Translations under genes and position numbers: made by a program
Part shown: positions 32,308 through 36,672 of the stretch, one piece after another
Position numbering within the stretch: the stretch's first letter is position 1
Layout: each line of letters begins with the position of its first letter
From: a virus
Virus record (IMG/VR): IMGVR_UViG_3300045988_092103
Length of the DNA: 36,672 bases
Reading direction: 5' to 3' (one strand)
Notes under the pieces: model-generated
The model's input: only the letters and a program-made list of their open reading frames with translations
Told to the model about the DNA's origin: nothing
Database searches by the model: none

Positions 32308-33597
32308 CTATCTCCTGTTATAAATCAACATATATTCTGCTTCCGTTTCATCATATCGTCCTAATTGATATTGTTGATATGCATAATCGCTTATTTCACT
32401 TACATTATCCTGCGTAATTCCTAATGCGTCAAGATTTTTCTTTGCCTTTTTGCACAGTTCTTTCAGATATTCACTACGGTTTTCTTTGGTAATCTCCCAA
32501 CCCGCTTTTCGGAATTCTTCTGCCTGTTTCATATGCCACATTTCATGCCTTTCAACAGCATCTTTTCCACCAGCTAATTTCTGTATTTCCTGCTTTGCTA
32601 TTGACTGACTATAATATACTGTATTTGTACACGGATCATACAAACCAAGGGCATTTTTTAGTTCATCATCTGCCAGAATCACAATTGTTGGCTTCCGTTC
32701 GCTTGGAACACCATATTCTTTCAAGGCCTTTTCTGTGTTCTGATTAATTGCATTCAATGCTTTTGGCTTTATCTGTGCTTGATCTGATATATACATAGAT
32801 GTATCATAGCTTTCCACTTTTCTAACCGAAACCGCCACTTCTTTGCCACCTCTGGTCAATGAAATTTCTTCTGCTTTTCCTCTTTTAACCTTTCGGTAAG
32901 CTTGTTCTGCATACAGTTCTCTCTTCCTCGCATTAATAGCCTCTTTATTCTCTTTGTATCTCATCCGGCGCATGGCATTGATGTCACCGCCTGCTGCCTG
33001 ATACTCCTCCAGATACTTATCCGGATCATATCCTGCAACCGTGCTTTTTCCATCAAACCGGACCGCATACTCACAATCGCAATGCGCATGAATGTGTTCC
33101 GCGTGACCATTCCGCATGGCTTTCTTTGACATATACTGCCATCCTCTTGATGCAATCGTAATGCAGAAAGCACAGGTATCTCCATGTGGTACCCAGGCAA
33201 ACTGCGCCCCGTCACGCTCTGCATTTTTCAGTGTCGTATCTGCACCTACCTGTTTCACAAGCCTTGCAAGCGTTCTAGGAATATTGTTCGGAGACTGCTT
33301 TTTTGTTCCTTTTACTGCTTTTGCCACTTCCCCATAGTCCGGGAGATCTGCTACTTCTGCCGTAGGGACTATTACTCCCTGTGCCGCTGCTGTCGCTTCA
33401 TACATCTGACACGATAATGCACCGATAGCCTGTCCATAGTGTTGTGACAGTGCATAGGCGTAGTCCAAAAGTGCTTTATCATTTTCCAGTCCATTCTTTT
33501 GAACCCAGGACTGCATCAGATCCGCTGCTTTCTGGCTAATCTGTGACATCTTCGTTATGTATTCCACCCACGCCTTCTCCGTTATCTGCATTTCCAA
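32308..33597 (-). CDS. MuF / SPP1 gp7-like head morphogenesis protein with a C-terminal HExxH extension
   Basis: The MuF-type core is AWVPHGDTCAFCITIASRGW...HAHCDCEY. The C-terminal ~160 aa include HEMWH (32533..32547) and a downstream ETEAEY. Confidence 0.8.
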   Translation of the reverse strand: MEMQITEKAWVEYITKMSQISQKAADLMQSWVQKNGLENDKALLDYAYALSQHYGQAIGALSCQMYEATAAAQGVIVPTAEVADLPDYGEVAKAVKGTKKQSPNNIPRTLARLVKQVGADTTLKNAERDGAQFAWVPHGDTCAFCITIASRGWQYMSKKAMRNGHAEHIHAHCDCEYAVRFDGKSTVAGYDPDKYLEEYQAAGGDINAMRRMRYKENKEAINARKRELYAEQAYRKVKRGKAEEISLTRGGKEVAVSVRKVESYDTSMYISDQAQIKPKALNAINQNTEKALKEYGVPSERKPTIVILADDELKNALGLYDPCTNTVYYSQSIAKQEIQKLAGGKDAVERHEMWHMKQAEEFRKAGWEITKENRSEYLKELCKKAKKNLDALGITQDNVSEISDYAYQQYQLGRYDETEAEYMLIYNRR

Positions 33598-34969
33598 ATT
33601 CCTCCGTCAAGATAGCATCTCCTTTTGCTCTCTGTTCCTGCGCTCTGATTCGCCGGATATCCGCCTGATCAAAACCAATCATTTCAAGGAAAATATCTGT
33701 CTGTGCAAATCCTTGTCGCGCTGTCGCAATTTTGAGTGCTGCATCTGTAGTAGATGCCACGCTTGGCATTGCCGGATTCTTAAAATGTGCAATCAGCTCA
33801 TGTGTTTCTTCCGGAAGCTCATCCGGAATCGTTCCAAGTTCAATTGCAAGTGCCATCCGTCCAATCCGATACAATGCATCACCATTTGATTTATTCAACT
33901 GTTCTGCCATAAGGATCAAGGTCTGTGACTGTGCAATAATTGCTTCACTGGAAGTCGGATTTGCATCATTTATCACACCAACATCCGTAACCGCCAATCC
34001 CGTTGCCGCTGAATACTGTGTAGCAAGCATCCGGAGCATCTGAACATGTGGTTCAATATTTCCCTGCGAAAGTTGCCCGAAATTCGGCTTTTCCCCAGTC
34101 TCCGGATTGTTTGTACTGTAGAGAATACTTCCAACATACTGTTTGAATTTATTATCAATCAGCATATCATATTGTTCATCTGACACCCCGAGCAGATACT
34201 TCTGTGGAGAAGTTGCAAATTCCAGTCCAATCGTTGCATTTGCGACTGTTCTTACATATCCCTGGATTAGCCTGCGGATCGGCTCTTTTAGCCTTGACTG
34301 ACCAAATGGTTTATCGTTTGTTGCGTCCCAGATCAGAGCCACCATAAGGGGTTCTCCGAAATCATGGGGATTCTGCGTAGCATACCATGTACCTCCAATC
34401 CGATCCAGTTCCCAGATGTCTGTGTCTGTATAGAAATTTACGTGTTCCGGAGACCATGTAACATCCGACTCGTCTCTTCGCGCATCTTCAAAGGCAAATC
34501 CATATCGGATGCGTCCTTCGTGTGCATTCCACGAAGCTGCAGCACAATGCGGAGAATAAAACCGCACTCTTGCATCATCTTCCTCTCCGGATACCGCCGC
34601 AAATGCACAACCGTATTTCAGTTCTTCTTTGACCGCTTTATTGTATTCCGCTATCAAATGATTCCTTTTCATAATCTGATCCATATCTTCTGACTTCGTT
34701 CCATTTTCTGTAACAAACCCATCAAACATCGATCTTCCCGCAAGTACATCAACGGTTTTTGCTCCCCAGGCACATCCAATTTCAAGTTTTCCAAGACCTG
34801 CTGGCAATGCAATCCCAAGATTCACTTCATTCAGTGTGACTTTTCCGTTATAATAACGGCGCTTTTTCCTATTCGCACTTCTGTGATAATCATATATGTA
34901 TTTCAATTCCTGAAGCCACTGTTGTTCTTCCGGTGGTAATCCTTCTACTCTTCCAAAATTTAACTCCAT
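33536..34969 (-). CDS. Portal protein (SPP1 gp6-like)
   Basis: The ATG at 34969 shows TAATG coupling to terL and the SD GAGGATAGGA. The product is 477 aa and lies between terL and the MuF gene. Confidence 0.88.
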   Translation of the reverse strand: MELNFGRVEGLPPEEQQWLQELKYIYDYHRSANRKKRRYYNGKVTLNEVNLGIALPAGLGKLEIGCAWGAKTVDVLAGRSMFDGFVTENGTKSEDMDQIMKRNHLIAEYNKAVKEELKYGCAFAAVSGEEDDARVRFYSPHCAAASWNAHEGRIRYGFAFEDARRDESDVTWSPEHVNFYTDTDIWELDRIGGTWYATQNPHDFGEPLMVALIWDATNDKPFGQSRLKEPIRRLIQGYVRTVANATIGLEFATSPQKYLLGVSDEQYDMLIDNKFKQYVGSILYSTNNPETGEKPNFGQLSQGNIEPHVQMLRMLATQYSAATGLAVTDVGVINDANPTSSEAIIAQSQTLILMAEQLNKSNGDALYRIGRMALAIELGTIPDELPEETHELIAHFKNPAMPSVASTTDAALKIATARQGFAQTDIFLEMIGFDQADIRRIRAQEQRAKGDAILTEEFGNADNGEGVGGIHNEDVTD

Positions 34970-36402
34970 TATCCTATCCTCATCTTTCTGTTCGGATTTC
35001 GTTTCGATGTTCTGCATCCCCAGAGTGCAAGTGCTGCTGCTTCAATCGGGATCGAGTTTTCTCCACCAAATCCCCAGCCACCGGAAATCGGTCTTTTTAC
35101 AGACGTAATTGCTGACTCATTCAGTATTTCTTGGTATTTATACCATGTTACAGTCTGTTCATTGATTTCCTGTGATAGCTGACTCGCCGCTGCTATCACT
35201 TCTTTTGCTGCCGGTCGAACAATTGACTGCTTATATTTCCACACCGGTGTTATCTTCTCTATCAGGAAGTCAACTCCATTTCTTCCATCAATCACCACAC
35301 AGCTTGCCATCTTGTATCTCTGATTCAGCCAGTCCGCAAGCCACTGGATTCCTCTGTCCGTTGTTTTAAGCTCGATCAGTGAAATTCTCGCTTCCCCTAC
35401 CTCTGGACAGACAGCTCCGCATAATGCTACCGCCGAACCGTCAAGCGAAAACTTTACACCGTAAGCAGTTTTCCCTTCCGGTTTTTCTTTTTCCGAAGCA
35501 CATTCTTCCCATTTCTTCTTATCAATTGCATAGTCCTGATCATTGTTGATTGGCGACCACCAGCCGAGACGCTCTCTTGCGAACGTGTCCGCATCCATCT
35601 GTTCGCACTCTGCAGCTATGGTTGTTTCTGTCATTCTTCGCCCCAGTGCCGGATTGCAATCCGCCCATCTCTGACGATCAGTAACATCTCCAATCTCTTT
35701 CACAGAATATTCTGTCCAGGCTGTGGATTTGCTCTCACCTTCCGTTGCCCGTTTTCTTATCTTCCGGAATACTGTGCCGGTACAATTTTCATCCGGTGGT
35801 GTTCCAAGATAAATCGTTTGTGGATTCCTTGACGCTGATATTGCCGGCAAAAAAGACGCCTGCTGCTCGCTTGTCAATTCCTGTGCTTCATCAAACACAA
35901 GACAGTCGCCATGCAGTCCTCGACCACCATTCCTTGTTCTGGCAACAAATACTACTCTTCCACCATTTTTTAGAATAATCTGTTCTCTTCCGAGTGCCGC
36001 CTTAATTTCTTTTACATACTTACGGAGTCCTCTGCTTTCAAACAAGCCGCGCAATTCCATAAAGGTTTCTGTTGCAGTTTTCTGCAGATGAGCTGTGTAT
36101 ATAACCCATTCTGCATACAGAATCATTCCGGATGCAATCCGCCCGGAAGTATCCAGTGTTTTCCCGTTCTGTCTTGGAACAGATAAGCCACATGTCGGCG
36201 CTGACCAAACATCATCCTCTGTACGCCCCATCCAATCATTCAGCACTTCACTCTGCCACGGATCCACAATCAATTTCCCGACCGCAAGCACTTTCACCGC
36301 ATCTGGGCCATCCGTATAAGCGTAATCCGGAACAATTCTATCGGACGGTGTCTGGCTTCCCATCAGCTTTTCGTGCCGACAGGATTTCTCCGATTTCGTC
36401 AT
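34969..36402 (-). CDS. terL: Terminase large subunit
   Basis: The Walker A-like motif is VPRQNGKT, and the Walker B motif is CLVFDEAQEL. A C-terminal nuclease-like region follows. Confidence 0.92.
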   Translation of the reverse strand: MTKSEKSCRHEKLMGSQTPSDRIVPDYAYTDGPDAVKVLAVGKLIVDPWQSEVLNDWMGRTEDDVWSAPTCGLSVPRQNGKTLDTSGRIASGMILYAEWVIYTAHLQKTATETFMELRGLFESRGLRKYVKEIKAALGREQIILKNGGRVVFVARTRNGGRGLHGDCLVFDEAQELTSEQQASFLPAISASRNPQTIYLGTPPDENCTGTVFRKIRKRATEGESKSTAWTEYSVKEIGDVTDRQRWADCNPALGRRMTETTIAAECEQMDADTFARERLGWWSPINNDQDYAIDKKKWEECASEKEKPEGKTAYGVKFSLDGSAVALCGAVCPEVGEARISLIELKTTDRGIQWLADWLNQRYKMASCVVIDGRNGVDFLIEKITPVWKYKQSIVRPAAKEVIAAASQLSQEINEQTVTWYKYQEILNESAITSVKRPISGGWGFGGENSIPIEAAALALWGCRTSKRNPNRKMRIG

Positions 36403-36610
36403 CGTCTTTCTCCATTCCTTTTATTTCTTCAATTTCTTTGATTGTTTCTCTGTATTGTCTGGAGAGCTGAGGCATTGTCTTCGGACCGTCAGCAGCATCT
36501 TTCGCGCATATATCAATCTGTTTTGCGAGTATCAGTGCCAAATTTTCCAAGCGTTCCAAGCGGCTTCCTTCGCTTGTTACTGTTGCCATTTTTTTTGCTC
36601 TTCCCATCAA
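36338..36610 (-). CDS. terS: Putative terminase small subunit
   Basis: 90 aa with the SD AAAGGTGA and a basic N-terminus (MGRAKK). It overlaps the terL start, and its 5' end is duplicated in the contig overlap. Confidence 0.65.
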   Translation of the reverse strand: MMGRAKKMATVTSEGSRLERLENLALILAKQIDICAKDAADGPKTMPQLSRQYRETIKEIEEIKGMEKDDDEIGEILSARKADGKPDTVR

Positions 36611-36672
36611 AATTCACCTTTCAAGAAATTCCCTGTGTGTAAATCGGCGCTGGACAGCGGTGGTCGCCGCCG
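36588..36672. repeat. Terminal direct repeat, copy 2
   Basis: Identical to 1-85. Confidence 0.95.

Larger units (their letters stand above)
1..36587. mobile_element. Complete temperate siphovirus-like phage genome (one unit of a circularly closed contig)
   Basis: A full set of packaging, head, tail, lysis, lysogeny and replication modules is present. An 85-bp end overlap closes the circle. No flanking host genes are visible. Confidence 0.9.

Noticed and set aside
1-36672. CRISPR arrays, tRNA/tmRNA genes, IS elements
   Set aside because: No regularly spaced direct repeats, no cloverleaf-like GC-rich 70-90-nt segments and no transposase ORFs were seen on inspection. A tRNAscan or Infernal run would be needed for certainty.

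Overview
The window is one complete, circularly closed genome of a temperate siphovirus-like phage. The strong GGAGG-type ribosome-binding sites (SD) and the gene content look Firmicutes/Clostridia-like. Bases 1-85 are identical to 36588-36672, so the unique unit is 36,587 bp. Almost everything is encoded on the minus strand. Reading that strand from the right end, the order is as follows. Packaging and head: terS, terL, portal, MuF-like protein, a five-gene moron island, scaffold, major capsid (36610->29376). Connector and tail: major tail protein, frameshifted chaperones, tape measure, Dit, Tal (29084->22932). Then a tail-fibre gene, Ig-like accessory proteins, holin and a GH25/CW_7/LysM endolysin (19802->15810). 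The plus-strand lysogeny module holds a large serine integrase, a DUF4236 membrane moron and a CI-like repressor (15663->12064). A divergent-promoter switch lies at about 11.95-12.05 kb. The early/replication region follows (11910->1110) with an antirepressor, an HUH rolling-circle Rep, an RNase-HI-like protein, a ParB-like protein, DUF4317, YopX and four DUF551 paralogues. Last come a late regulator and an HNH endonuclease next to a GC-rich candidate packaging site. The most interesting feature is at 19.8-22.9 kb. The tail-fibre gene carries a 19-bp core (codons ELSSNL) that recurs in frame three more times, in alternating orientation. Each extra copy heads a start-less, unrelated C-terminal cassette of about 111-130 codons. 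An XerC/D-type tyrosine recombinase gene sits in the middle. This looks like a four-cassette, shufflon-like, multiple-inversion host-range switch. All family names come from motif recognition by eye; no database search was run.
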